A DNA stretch of 64,000 nt. Source: Octopus sinensis. Lineage: Eukaryota. Below the pieces are notes generated by a model, which was given only the letters and a program-made list of their open reading frames with translations, was not told where the DNA came from and made no database searches. The position numbers and the translations under genes were made by a program. Location of the stretch: contig NC_043009.1 of the NCBI RefSeq assembly GCF_006345805.1, forward strand, positions 60,574,001 to 60,638,000, read 5' to 3'. Below are positions 51,491 to 63,210 of this stretch, one piece after another; positions within the stretch are counted from its first letter, which is position 1; each line of letters begins with the position of its first letter.

Positions 51491-52057
51491 ACCCACTTTT
51501 CCTTTTTTCTTTTTTTTTTCTTTTTAATTTCTTTCTCCTTCTTTTCTTCCCAAAAAGAAAAGCTCTACTTTGTATTTTGTCCTGTGTGCGTTCAACCTTG
51601 CGTGGCCTATAAAGAAATCTATCTTGCCCCACTTTTTGACGCACCTTTGTCGAGGAGAATAATAGAATACGAAGCGACTAATACCGCTCCTCTTACTGAC
51701 TGACAACGACCGAAAGCAAGCAGAAAAATTCGCCTTTAACCACTCAATCATTTGTTTCGCCATCGCAGAAAAGCAATTAATCCACACCTTTTCCTTCTTT
51801 CCTCGAAAAGCAAACACGAGCTTTCACTACTTACACTTGTTAAACGATACTGATTGTTTACAATTTATTCTAAGAAATGAAGGAATGCGAAATATAAGCA
51901 AAAATAACTACAATGAATCTCGTGAAAATTATCAATAATTAATAATATATTACACAAACATTATTAATCAAGGAAAAATAGTAAGACATGCATTGCATAC
52001 GTAGAACCTTCGCCCCTGTAATGTGCGTGTGTGTGTGTGAATATACAATATATAATA

Positions 52058-52103
<46 letters not shown>

Positions 52104-52105
52104 GA

Positions 52106-52510
52106 GTGAGAGAGCAGTGCATGCCATCAAAGTGAGATTGGGGTAAAATACACTAGGCACGTGCATCATAACCATATGTGCGCGACATGGTGATCTCATA
52201 TCAAGATAAACAGCACATGACATTGCAGGTGGGGCCCAGCTAGAATTTTCTTCTGGTCGAGTAGCCCATCCCACTCAAAAGGTCCTTGAATAAGGATGTT
52301 GAACGAAACACCTATGTTTCCAGAAACCTCTAAGAATTCTTTTCGACACACGGCTATGATGCTCCCCCACTACTTCTGCTTGTGATCAGAGATGCACATA
52401 TCGGCAGCCACTAAGGGACATGCTCAACTGGTTATGGTCAAACAACTGACAAGCAAATCTGTGGTATTGAGCAGAATATTTGCTGTAGCCCATCCTTTAT
52501 ACCAAGACAA
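52106..52510 (-). mobile_element. Probable non-LTR 3' end fragment with (TAA)n tail
   Basis: Complex sequence bounded by (TTA)n runs; no coding motif recognised. Confidence 0.35.
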
Positions 52511-52548
<38 letters not shown>

Positions 52549-52685
52549 TATTATTATTATTATTATTATATTATTATTATTATTATTATTAGGAAATATT
52601 ACTTCCGAGTACACAGGAAAATGACGTTCAAATTAGATGTACTAAAATGAACATCTCTCAGTGTTTAATTCGTATATGTAAAAGT

Positions 52686-53106
52686 AATTTTAGAGACAGA
52701 ACCACCTTCAACTCAATCAACACTGAAAGGTTTTATACCTACCACTCCATAATGTTAAAAATTAAATCTTATACTAACTATATCTATTCTGAATCCTGTA
52801 TTTTCCGTTTATAAGACTACACGTGTTTCATGAAAGTACGTTGGTATTGATTAGATACGAGGTATCTAGTTTTAATACTTACTCGGGTCGACATACTCCC
52901 AATCTTCAGGTCTGGATTCCACAACATTTTTACTACCCCTATCTCTTATATACTTTCATGAAACACGTGTAGTCTTATAAACGGAAAATACAGGATTCAG
53001 AATAGATATAGTTAGTATAAGATTTAATTTTTAACATTTTATGGAGTGGTCGGGTATAAAACCTTTCAGTGTTGATTGAGTTGAAGGTGGTTCTGTCTAT
53101 AAAATT
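52686..53106 (-). mobile_element. Foldback element (~155-bp inverted arms) with HHR on minus strand
   Basis: Arms 52686-52838 and 52951-53106 nearly identical. Confidence 0.9.
52814..52913 (-). ncRNA. Candidate type I HHR with extended stem II
   Basis: agac-CTGAAGA-t-tgggagta..(~55 nt)..tactttca-t-GAAA-cacgtg-TA-gtct. Confidence 0.55.
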
Positions 53107-53107
53107 A

Positions 53108-53189
<82 letters not shown>

Positions 53190-53423
53190 ATGTGTAATAT
53201 TTTGAACTAATGAGTGTACGTCAGTTAGTGTGGTGATGTGTTGATTAAAGCACTGCACAGTTTGGGCAACCTGTTGTCATCTATAGTTGGGGGTATATTT
53301 CCATTGGATCTGCTTCAGGAATTCTACGGTGTTAGTTGAGATAATAATCAATTAAGTAAACAGAAGATCAAATTGTTATACCAATTCCATCTCCTGTTTA
53401 CTTAATTGATTATAATATATAAA

Positions 53424-53457
<34 letters not shown>

Positions 53458-53849
53458 GTATTTTTGTGTGTGTTTGTTTGTTTGCTTGTTTGTATGTTCG
53501 TATGTATGTATGTCATTATTCAGTTTATTTCAAGATTTCTTGCTAATAGAGAGAGAACCAGTTTCTAACATAGATCCAAGGCTCTTTCATTGGAATTTCA
53601 ACATCAACAGGGTAGTTTTGTATGTATGTATGTATGTATGTCTGGCGATCATTCGTTACTAGTAACATAACTGTCATTTATAAACCGACGTGGGTTTATT
53701 TACATTTCTGAAGAAAAAAGATACCCTTCCCCCCACTTCTAACCCTAACCCCCATATATATAAAGAAAAAAAAATTTTACGGAAAGTGACGATCATCTTC
53801 AAATGTAAACAAATACACGTGACGTAAATGGGACTCATATCGAAAGAAT

Positions 53850-54157
53850 GCCGTATGTATGTATGTATGTATGTATGTATGTATGTGTGTGTGTATGTAT
53901 GTGTGTGTATGTATGTATGTATGTATGTATGTGTGTGTGTATGTATGTGTGTGTGTATGTATGTATGTATGTATATATGTATGTGTGTGTATGTATGTAT
54001 ATATATATGTATGTATGTATGTATGCATGCACGTATGTATGTATGTATGTGTGTATGTATGTATGTATGTATATATGTATGTATGTATGTATATATGTAT
54101 GTATGTATATATGTATGTATGTATGTATGTGTGTATGTATGTATGTATGTATGTATG

Positions 54158-54191
<34 letters not shown>

Positions 54192-54277
54192 TGTATGTTT
54201 GTATGTTTGTATGTATGCATGCACGTATGTATGTATGTATGTATGTATGTATGTATGTATGTATGTATGTATGTATG

Positions 54278-54305
<28 letters not shown>
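53850..54305. repeat. (TATG)n microsatellite
   Basis: Directly visible. Confidence 0.98.
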
Positions 54306-54308
<3 letters not shown>

Positions 54309-54424
54309 GAAAATCAGAAATACGAAACAGTAAACAACCAAAAAATGTCAATTAGACGTACAGACAGAGTATTAAGATCGACACGCTCAGTGGAAGTTTT
54401 AAATGGAAGAAGAACAGGAGTGGA

Positions 54425-54460
54425 AATGATATTTCGAGCATGGGCTCTTCGTGAGAAAGG
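54425..54460 (-). ncRNA. Decayed minimal HHR-like motif
   Basis: cttt-CTCACGA-a-gagc-ccat-gctc-GAAA-ta-TC; core G5C and stem III decayed. Confidence 0.4.
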
Positions 54461-54564
54461 AGAAAAAATCCGGAGAGAAGGGAACGAGGTAAGGAGCAGA
54501 TTGCTTGAAGCCCGTGTTCGTTACACGATCGAAAAATAAAGGAGTGGAAGCTGGAGAGAGGAGC

Positions 54565-54724
54565 AGGAGAGGCTGTGTGGTAAGTAACTTGTTTACCAAC
54601 CACATGGTTCCGGGTTCAGTCCCACTGCGTGGCACCTTGGGCAAGTGTCTTCTACTATAGCCTCGGACCGACCAAAGCCTTGTGAGTGGATTTGGTAGAC
54701 GGAAACTGAAAGAAGCCCGTCGTA

Positions 54725-54778
<54 letters not shown>

Positions 54779-54995
54779 TGTGTGTGTTTGTCTCCCTAGC
54801 ATTGCTTGACAACCAATGCTGGTGTGTTTATGTCCCCGTCAGTTAGCGGTTCGGCAAAATAGACCGATAGAATAAGTACTGGGCTTACAAAGAATAAGTC
54901 CCGGGGTCGATTTGCTCGACTAAAGGCGGTGCTCCAGCATGGCCGCAGTCAAATGACTGAAACAAGTAAAAGAGTAAAAGAGAGAGTAAAGAGAG
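54565..54995 (+). mobile_element. SINE A, full length
   Basis: Complete family A structure. Confidence 0.9.
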
Positions 54996-55254
54996 ATAGG
55001 AAATGTGGTATTTGAATGCAGGAGAGCACAAAAATGACAAACGTGTGTATGAATGTCTCAGAGAGTGCGTGTGTGGAATGTATACGGGTATATGGTCTTT
55101 TTATGTGTGCAAGTGTATGCCTGTGAGTGTATGTAATTGTGTGTGTCTGTGTGCAGGTGGGAGTTGCGAGTAGCGTGTTAGCATATTAGGGAGCGTTGCA
55201 TGGGATGATAGTGTATGTGAGGGGGTGTTTCCGTTTACGGGTGTGTGTCTTTTA

Positions 55255-55651
55255 TGTCTTTTACTTGTTTCAGTCATTTGACTGCGGCCATGCTGGAGCA
55301 CCGCCTTTAGTCGAGCAAATCGACCCCGGGACTTATTCTTTGTAAGCCCAGTACTTATTTTATCGGTCTCTTTTTTGCCAAACTGCTAAGTGACGGGGAC
55401 GTAAACACACCAGCATCGGTGTCAAGCAATGCTAGGGGGACAAACACAGATACACAAACACACACACACATACATATATATACATATATACGACAGGCTT
55501 CTTTCAGTTTCCGTCTACCAAATCCACTCACAAGGCATTGGTCGGCCCGAGGCTATAGCAGAAGACACTTGCCCAAGATGCCACGCAGTGGGACTGAACC
55601 CGGAACCATGTGGTTGGTAAGCAAGCTACTTACCACACAGCCACTCCTGCA
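55255..55651 (-). mobile_element. SINE A, full length
   Basis: Complete family A structure. Confidence 0.9.
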
Positions 55652-56407
55652 GGAGTGTGTGTAAGAGATAATGAATCAGCCAGGTTAGTAGCAGGAATGT
55701 CCTATTCTTCTATAACATAAAAAAATGAAAAGGAAAAAAAAGTAAAGACAAAGGAGAAATACCACCGGCAACTTCACCCTCCAGTTACTTCGCGCTTTCC
55801 AGTTCAACGAAAATTAAGTTTCTTTATTAGCGACACAAGGCTGCACACAGACGGGACTGATTACAAAGTAGAGCTTTTCTTTTTATTGAGAAAAAAAAAG
55901 AGAAGTGGGGTAGGTTTTCGATCAAAAGGGATCGTAAAAGGGAAAGAAAAAAAAAGAAAAAAAATAGGAAAAGAAACAAAAGAAAAGGAAGAAAAAAAAG
56001 GAAAAAGGGGGAAAAAGAAAAAAAACAATCAATAGGGATCATGTATCACAGTGTCATGATGTACGGTGTAAAGGGGAAAGCAGATGAGGTTTATCCGTGG
56101 GAAGAAAAGCCTACGGAAAAGAACCACGGTAACCTCGGTCAAATCGCTTATCCGTGGGAAGAAAAGCCTACGGAAAAGAACCACGGTAACCTCGGTCATT
56201 CGCTTAAGATAGAAAGAGGCAGGACAAGAGGTAGTAGAGAGAGAATCGTCATAGTTTATAACCTAAATTATTATTTCGTTGTGTCTGGGGAGAGTCATTT
56301 TCTTTTTGTGCTTTATAATTTAAAACACTCCCCGGTAAAATTTCCACTAATTTCTTATTTTTATTTTCCTAAAATTTTCGTTGCGCCTTGCAACCTTTTC
56401 AGTGCCT

Positions 56408-56870
56408 ATGCATGCATGCATGCATGCATGCATGTATGTATGTATGTATGTATGTATGTATGTATGCATGCATGTATGTATGTATGTATGTATGTATGCA
56501 TGTATGTATGTATGTATGTATGTATGTATGTATGTATGTATGTATGCATGTATGTATGCATGTATGTATGTATGCATGTATGTATATATGTATGTATGTA
56601 TGCATGTATGTATGCATGCATGTATGTATGTATGTATATATGTATGCATGTATGTATGCATGCATGTATGTATGTATGTATGTATGCATGTATGTATGTA
56701 TGTATGTATGTATGCATGTATGTATGTGTGTGCATGTATATATGTGTGTGTATGCATATGTATATATGTACGTGTGTGCATCTGTATGTATGTATTCTGC
56801 ATATTCATGTGCCTGCATGTCCGTGTTTGTGTGTGCATGTCTGAGTGTGTGTGTGTGTGTGTGTGTATTT
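56408..56870. repeat. (TATG)/(CATG) microsatellite
   Basis: Directly visible. Confidence 0.97.
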
Positions 56871-57144
56871 TGCAACTATCTACCGTGTTTGTATGTATAG
56901 ATGTGGGATCTTTTCACTCTGACCGGCAAATTTTTAAATAATTTCTTTGTAACTAAACACTTTTAAACTTCGTATACTGGTAGTGTGTTATATAAAACAT
57001 GTTTTTCTCTTGGCTTTCTTGAGAAAATTCTGTAGTTTGTAAGCTATTTGTTGTTTAATTTCTTGCATTTCAGCAATTTCAACCAATCAATGACGTCTAT
57101 TGAGGTGAATACAATTTCTGCCGTATTTTGTCAACAACATTTTC

Positions 57145-57482
57145 TGGCGTTATTCTGAGTTCAAATTCCGCCGAGGTCGACTTTGCCTTTCATCTTTTCG
57201 GGGTCGATAAATTAAGTACCAGTTACTTACTGGGGTCGATATAATCGACTTAATCCCTTTGTCTGTCCTTGTTTGTCCTCTCTGTGTTTAGCCCCCTGTG
57301 GGTAGTAAAGAAATGGGTATTTCGGCTGTCTTTACGTTCTAAGTTCAAATTCCGCCAAGGTCGACTTTGCTTTTCAATCTTTCGGAGTCGATAAATTAAA
57401 TACCAGTTGCGTACTGGGGTCGATCTAATCGGCTGGCGTTCTCCTATAAAATTTCGGGCCTTGTGCCTAGAGTAGAAAAGAA
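57145..57482 (+). mobile_element. SINE B heterodimer (standard-tail unit joined to alternative-tail unit)
   Basis: Junction GTAGTAAAGAAATGGGTATTTCGG at ~57303; second unit ends GGGCCTTGTGCCTAGAGTAGAAAAGAAT. Confidence 0.85.
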
Positions 57483-57824
57483 TATATAATAGACAGATAT
57501 AAACACCTCTTTACCACAATATGCAATAGACAGATGTGAACACCTCTCTCTTGAACACAATATTTTCGTAAGCAGGACGTGATACACTAGGACTAGATTC
57601 AATCCTGCCCACAAAGCTTATGAATATAAAGAAGGAAAGTTTGTCTGTCGTGGGCTACATATATATTATTTATATAAACACACACACGCACACACCACAC
57701 ACACACACACCACACACGCAGACCTTCGCGCACGCACATATCCACACTTACACACACATACCTCCTTTGCACGCTCCTGTCTTTGAAAGAACTTTTCTTC
57801 ACCCATTTCCTTCCGGTCATTCAA

Positions 57825-58017
57825 AATATGACCGCGTGTGTATCGTTGGCGATTTTTTTCCTCTGTCTTCCCTTCTCTGGATTTTTCCTCTCCTATGTTT
57901 CCGACGAAGAGCTCCGCTCGAAACGTTAAACACTCCTTCTTTCCTGAGCGTCCAATAATACTATATTTGTTCCACGTCCTCGCGTTGTTGTGTTTTTTTG
58001 TGCTTTCTTGTTTGGAT

Positions 58018-58020
<3 letters not shown>
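57825..58020 (+). mobile_element. Penelope-like terminal fragment with HHR-like motif (57897-57931, U4C)
   Basis: gttt-CCGACGA-a-gagc-tcc-gctc-GAAA-cg-TT-aaac; followed by (TA)n. Confidence 0.65.
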
Positions 58021-58074
<54 letters not shown>

Positions 58075-58077
<3 letters not shown>

Positions 58078-58329
58078 GTTAATAAATAAAACATGCATAT
58101 ATATATAAACATATATGTACGTACCTACCTCTACATGTATATATACACGCATATATGAGTACAGGACACCAAAAAGACGTCGAACACAACGAGAAACGAA
58201 AACATAGACACAAACCCAAGGAACTGGACATTTTTTTAAAACAACAAAAAAATAGAGTACAGGACAATTAACACAAAGAAAAAAACCCTTCTTCAGTCGC
58301 CATGGTTTCATCTACTCTACGTTTTCGAA

Positions 58330-58330
<1 letters not shown>
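58075..58330 (-). repeat. Single copy of the repeat that forms the 12750-13098 palindrome
   Basis: TAAAACATGCATAT...ACGTCGAACACAA.GAGAAACGAAAAC...CCAAGGAA.T.GACAT. Confidence 0.85.
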
Positions 58331-58372
<42 letters not shown>

Positions 58373-58671
58373 ATTAAAAAAAAAGCAGAGAGAAAAAGAA
58401 AACCCGTGGACGTGTAGCACAAGCAATGTATTAATGAAAGACGGAAGATGGAAGATATGAGAATTTTTATTGATCACGACGATTGTTTCTCACATCCGGC
58501 ATCGATCCCTCACAAGTGGGATACTTAACAATTGGTACAGGAACATCCGACGGTACAGATGTGTCTCTTTGGGGTGATAAATAGATATAACTCGTTAAAA
58601 TAGCAGTTCCACAATGTATCTTCTCATTTCGTATAAATTAAAGCAGCAAATTAAAGGATATGGCTTCATAG

Positions 58672-59050
58672 GCACAGGAATGGCTGTGTGGTAAGTAGCT
58701 TGCTAACCAACCACATGGTTCCGGGTTCAGTCCCACTGTGTGGCATCTTGGGCAAGTGTCTTCTGCTATAGCCTCGGGCTGACCAAAGCCTTGTGAGGGG
58801 AACTGAAAGAAGCCTGTCGTATATATGTATATATATATATTTATGTGTATGCGTGTATATGTTTGTGTGTCTGTGTTTGTCCCTCTAGCATTGCTGTGTT
58901 TACGTCCCCGTCACTTAGCGGTTCAGCAAAAGAGACCGATAGAATAAGTACTGGGCTTACAAAGAATAAGTTCCGGGGTCGATTTGCTCGACTAAAGGCG
59001 GTGCTCCAGCATGGCCGCAGTCAAATAACTGAAACAAGTAAAAGAGTAAA
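58672..59050 (+). mobile_element. SINE A with small internal deletions
   Basis: Family A head and tail. Confidence 0.88.
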
Positions 59051-59783
59051 GAGTATTTGTATAGAAGATCAAAAATAAAATAACAGATGCAAAAAAAAAA
59101 AGCGAACACGCAATGCAGCGAGAAATGTATTAAAAGTAACCGTTAACAGGTATCTCTTATTATAAAAGGCAGATTTTATCTGCCTCCCAAATCGTTTGTT
59201 TATTATACAAATCTACAATATAGAATTTCTTCAATTAGAATTTACCTATCATTTTTACGAGTAGAATACATCGGGTCGTGGCAGGTACAGTTTTTCTAAT
59301 TTCAACCCCAATTAAGCAAAAATTCGAGAAAACTCTATATTTTTAGATTTTCCTCTTTCATTTTAACTGCTTCACTCATACCATTACCACCACACTTTCT
59401 GCTACTTTCTCTTTGCAACTCTGCAATCATGCTATCACCCTAATTTCTCCTACTTTCTCTTTGCAAGTGTACCTTAAACCACTACTCAAAAAAAAATACA
59501 CAGCAAACAGAAACAAACAAATACATAACGATTTACTCCTCACACAATTTCTTCAATTAGAGTTTACCTTTGATTTTTCCAAGTACTTCCATTCGGTCAT
59601 GCCATACAAAATTTCTTTCAATTTGAGCCCCAATTAAGAAAAAATTCGAGAAAACTCAATATTTTAACATTTCACTCTTTCACTTCAAAGCCTTTACTCT
59701 GCCTATTACTCCCACTTCCTCTTTACACACATAGACACGCAAATATATACGACAGTGTCAATTGTTGAAAGAAATTGTAAGCT

Positions 59784-59819
<36 letters not shown>

Positions 59820-60414
59820 TGTGTGTGTGTGTGTGTGTGTGTGTGACAGGGATGAGCCATTCAGACTGGTCATCCCTTTTGGCTAGAAGAAGATCCCTTA
59901 TGGTCTTATTTGCTACACCACTGGTTTTCAGTTCAAGAAGGACTATTCATTATAATACATCAGTTCCACACATTTACCCTGCTTCCATTTCGGACAACTG
60001 CACAAACATTTGCCATTTGACACTTGTATGTAAACAAATTCCTTTCTTAAAAATTCAAATTCATTTTCTTTTTCAATTTACGTTTCTATACACTTTACGC
60101 AAATATTTGATTAAACAACTAAAACACTTCACATTTCGAACATGTACGTAAACTACTTCCATTCTTGCAAATCTAACTTTATTTTCTTGCTTTTAACTCA
60201 AAAACTACTTCCATTCTGCAAATCTAACTTTATTTTCTTGCTTTTAACTCAAATGTCAATACATTTTACACACTCTGTCGCTATTCTTGCATAAAAATTT
60301 CTTTCAGCTGCTAATATTTATTTCTTTTCCTTCCACGGTTTACATTTTTCCACATTTCATTCACATTACAATTTCTATCTTTAAGTAACTTTCACCCTTT
60401 CTTTTTCACATAAA

Positions 60415-61930
60415 ATGCCACCGAAAAAGAGAAGTCGCCTCGGCCGCCATACTGCAGCAGTAGCGGCGCAAAAGGCGATTATCGCAAACGAGTCTTCCGA
60501 CAAAAGGCTTTCAGACTTTCACAGAGCGCAGACATCAGAACTGTCGATGGTGTATTATGTGATACTTTCCGCGAAGCCTGTTTTCGGCGTCGACTTTTGG
60601 AGGATGATTCACAATGGGGCGCCACTATGGCGGAGGGTGTTTCATTAAAATCTCCTCAAAAAATCAGATCGCTTTTCGCTATTCTATTACTATGGTGTGA
60701 CTGGGCTAATCCCGCCTCTTTATGGCTTACCTACAAAGATGATATGTCTGAAGATTTCCTGCGTCACGCTCAATCGCTACATCCATCAATGGAGGTCGGG
60801 TACACTGACCTCATTTACAACAGGGCGCTGCTTGAAATCGAAGATACTGTACTCGATATGGGCGGTAGTGCCTTGTCGGTCTATGGCCTACCTTCAACAA
60901 ACCGGGAAGGCACAAACACTCTATCTTCACATTTGCTGCGTGAGACATGTTTTAATGTTGACGAGCTTGCCGAGTACATAGCCGACAATGAGCCAAAGCT
61001 CCTTCCAGAACAGAAGTTCGCTTACAACTTCGTTGTTAATTCAGTCCAGGCCAAAGCTGGGGGGATTTTTTTCCTGGATGCTCCTGGGGGCACTGGGAAA
61101 ACTTTTGTCAACAAATTAATATTGGCTGAGATTAGGCGAACACAAGGTATTGCCCTAGCTGTGGCATCATCTGGAATTGCGGCTACTTTGTTGCCAGGCG
61201 ACAGGACAGCTCACTCTACTTTCAAGCTCCCACTCGACTTAGCGAAGACTGAGACACCAACTTGCAACATCAGTAACAGCTCCGATCAGGCAGAAGTCTT
61301 CAGACGATGCAAGCTTATCGTTTGGGATGAATGCACGATGGCCCACAGAGGTGCTCTTGAGGCACTAGATAGATCTCTCAGAGACATCAAACACTCTTCA
61401 GCTCCCATGGGAGGCATAACACTTCTTCTTTCAGGGGACTTCCGACAAACACTTCCCGTTATTCCCAAAGGGACTAGAGCTGATGCAGTAAGTGCGTGTC
61501 TTAAGTCATCCACATTGTGGCCACTGGTGAAGACTCTCAAACTTCACACCAATATGCGTGCTCATATGCGACGTGATATCACATCAGCAGCATTTTCTCA
61601 CACCCTCCTTGCACTTGGCGAAAGCAAAATACCAGGAGATGAAAATGGTAATATTGCTATCAATTCCATTTGTACCATTGTTAACACGCCTTCTGATCTC
61701 AGAGATGCAGTGTTCCCAGATCTACAAGCTAATTATCAGAATATGGATTGGATTGGCCAAAGGGCTATTCTGGCCCCGAGGAATAAAACTGTTCACCATA
61801 TTAATGATGAAATGCTAAAACTCATTCCTGGGGATGTCTATGTATATAAGTCTATCGATACAACTCCTGACCCAGAGGACGTCATCAATTATCCGATAGA
61901 GGTACTCAATTCCTTTGAGCCTCCCGGACT
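60415..61930 (+). mobile_element. Helitron RepHel relic: N-terminal peptide joined to Pif1-like helicase; Rep domain deleted, C-terminus truncated
   Basis: FFLDAPGGTGKTF (Walker A), IVWDECTM (Walker B), SGDFRQTLPV, ILAPRN; no stop in frame from 60414 to 61979. Confidence 0.93.
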
Positions 61931-61969
61931 ACGTACGTACGTACGTAGGTATGTATGTATGTATGTATG

Positions 61970-62672
61970 TAAAGTATAGAAGCCATCTTATCATGGCTAA
62001 CCACATAGGGGAGGGTGTGTTACTGTAGCTTTAAAGCCCCAAGAGATCGTCGTCTCTAGCTGGCTTTAGACACCATATCAGTGCCCTTGAAGTATTTGCA
62101 AAGGGAGGCCATCCCTTCCTCGCAAGCCTGAGTGATACACTCGGACTAGTTTCGGGATTTTTGTCCCTTGTCAACGGGCGGTAACCACCAGGTTGCGATG
62201 AAAGTGAAGGCCTCCTTGCAAAATATATGAGAGTTTTTCTAGTGGCGTCTGCCACTGATTTCGAAAAACTAACAGTAAGCATAATTAAATCTCAGAATGA
62301 GATTGAAACAGTAATCGCTCGATAATGTAAAGTATAGAAGCCATCTTATCATGGCTAACCACATTGGGGAGGGGGTGTTACTGTAGCTTTATAGCCCCAA
62401 GAGATCGTCGTCTCTAGCTGGCTTTAGACACCATGTCAGTGCGCTTGAAGTATTTGCAAAGGGAGGCCATCCCACCCCCTCCCCTATGTGGTTAGCCATG
62501 ATAAGAAGGCCTCTATACTTTACATTATCGAGCGATTACTGTTTCAATCTCATTCTGAGATTTAATTATGCTTACTAAAGCCAGCTAGAGACGACGATCT
62601 CTTGGGGCTATAAAGCTACAGTAACACCCCCTCCCCAATGTGGTTAGCCATGATAAGATGGCTTCTATACTT
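61970..62672 (-). mobile_element. HHR-containing non-coding element: 358-nt monomer in partial tandem plus inverted segments
   Basis: Direct repeat 61970-62115 = 62328-62473; inverted copies at 62474-62672. Confidence 0.88.
62138..62181 (-). ncRNA. Type I HHR motif, U3-A8 variant
   Basis: ccgcccg-TTGACAA-ggga-caaaaa-tccc-GAAA-ctag-TC-cgagtg; palindromic ACTAGT stem III. Confidence 0.75.
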
Positions 62673-62677
62673 TATGT

Positions 62678-62752
<75 letters not shown>

Positions 62753-62790
62753 GTATGTATATATATATATACATATATATATATGTATAT

Positions 62791-62822
<32 letters not shown>

Positions 62823-62877
62823 CTATATATATATAGTATGTATGTATGTATGTATATATGTATGTATGTATATATAG

Positions 62878-63080
62878 TTAATCCAAACAAGAAAACACAA
62901 AAAAACACAACAATGCGAGGACGTGGAACAAATATAGTATTATTGAACGCTCAGGAAAGAAGGAAAGAAGGAGGGCTTAACGTTTCGAGCGGAGCTCTTC
63001 GTCGGAAACATCAGAGAAGGGAAGACAGAGGAAAAAAATCGCCAACGGTACACACGAGGTCACATTTTGAAAGACACGCA
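62878..63080 (-). mobile_element. Penelope-like terminal fragment with HHR-like motif (62975-63009, U4C)
   Basis: gttt-CCGACGA-a-gagc-tcc-gctc-GAAA-cg-TT-aagc. Confidence 0.65.
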
Positions 63081-63210
63081 TAGTTATGTATATATACATA
63101 CATACATATTTACTCTGTGCTGTACTTTCTGTAACTCAATAAAAGTACATTGACTCACGCATCAGTGATTTATCGACCCTTGCATTTTTTTTACCTCTTT
63201 CTATTTTAAG

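Noticed and set aside
53735-53755. TAACCCTAACCC telomere-like motif
   Set aside because: Only two units, inside an interspersed repeat
56080-56135. SECIS- or hammerhead-like hairpin ATGAGG...CCGTGGG/CCTACGG...GA
   Set aside because: Spacing does not fit either core well, there is no selenoprotein ORF, and the copy at 51340 lacks ATGA
56041-56844. 267-aa ORF with repeated YPWEEKPTEKNHGNLG
   Set aside because: It comes from a ~57-bp tandem duplication within a non-coding repeat plus read-through into (TATG)n
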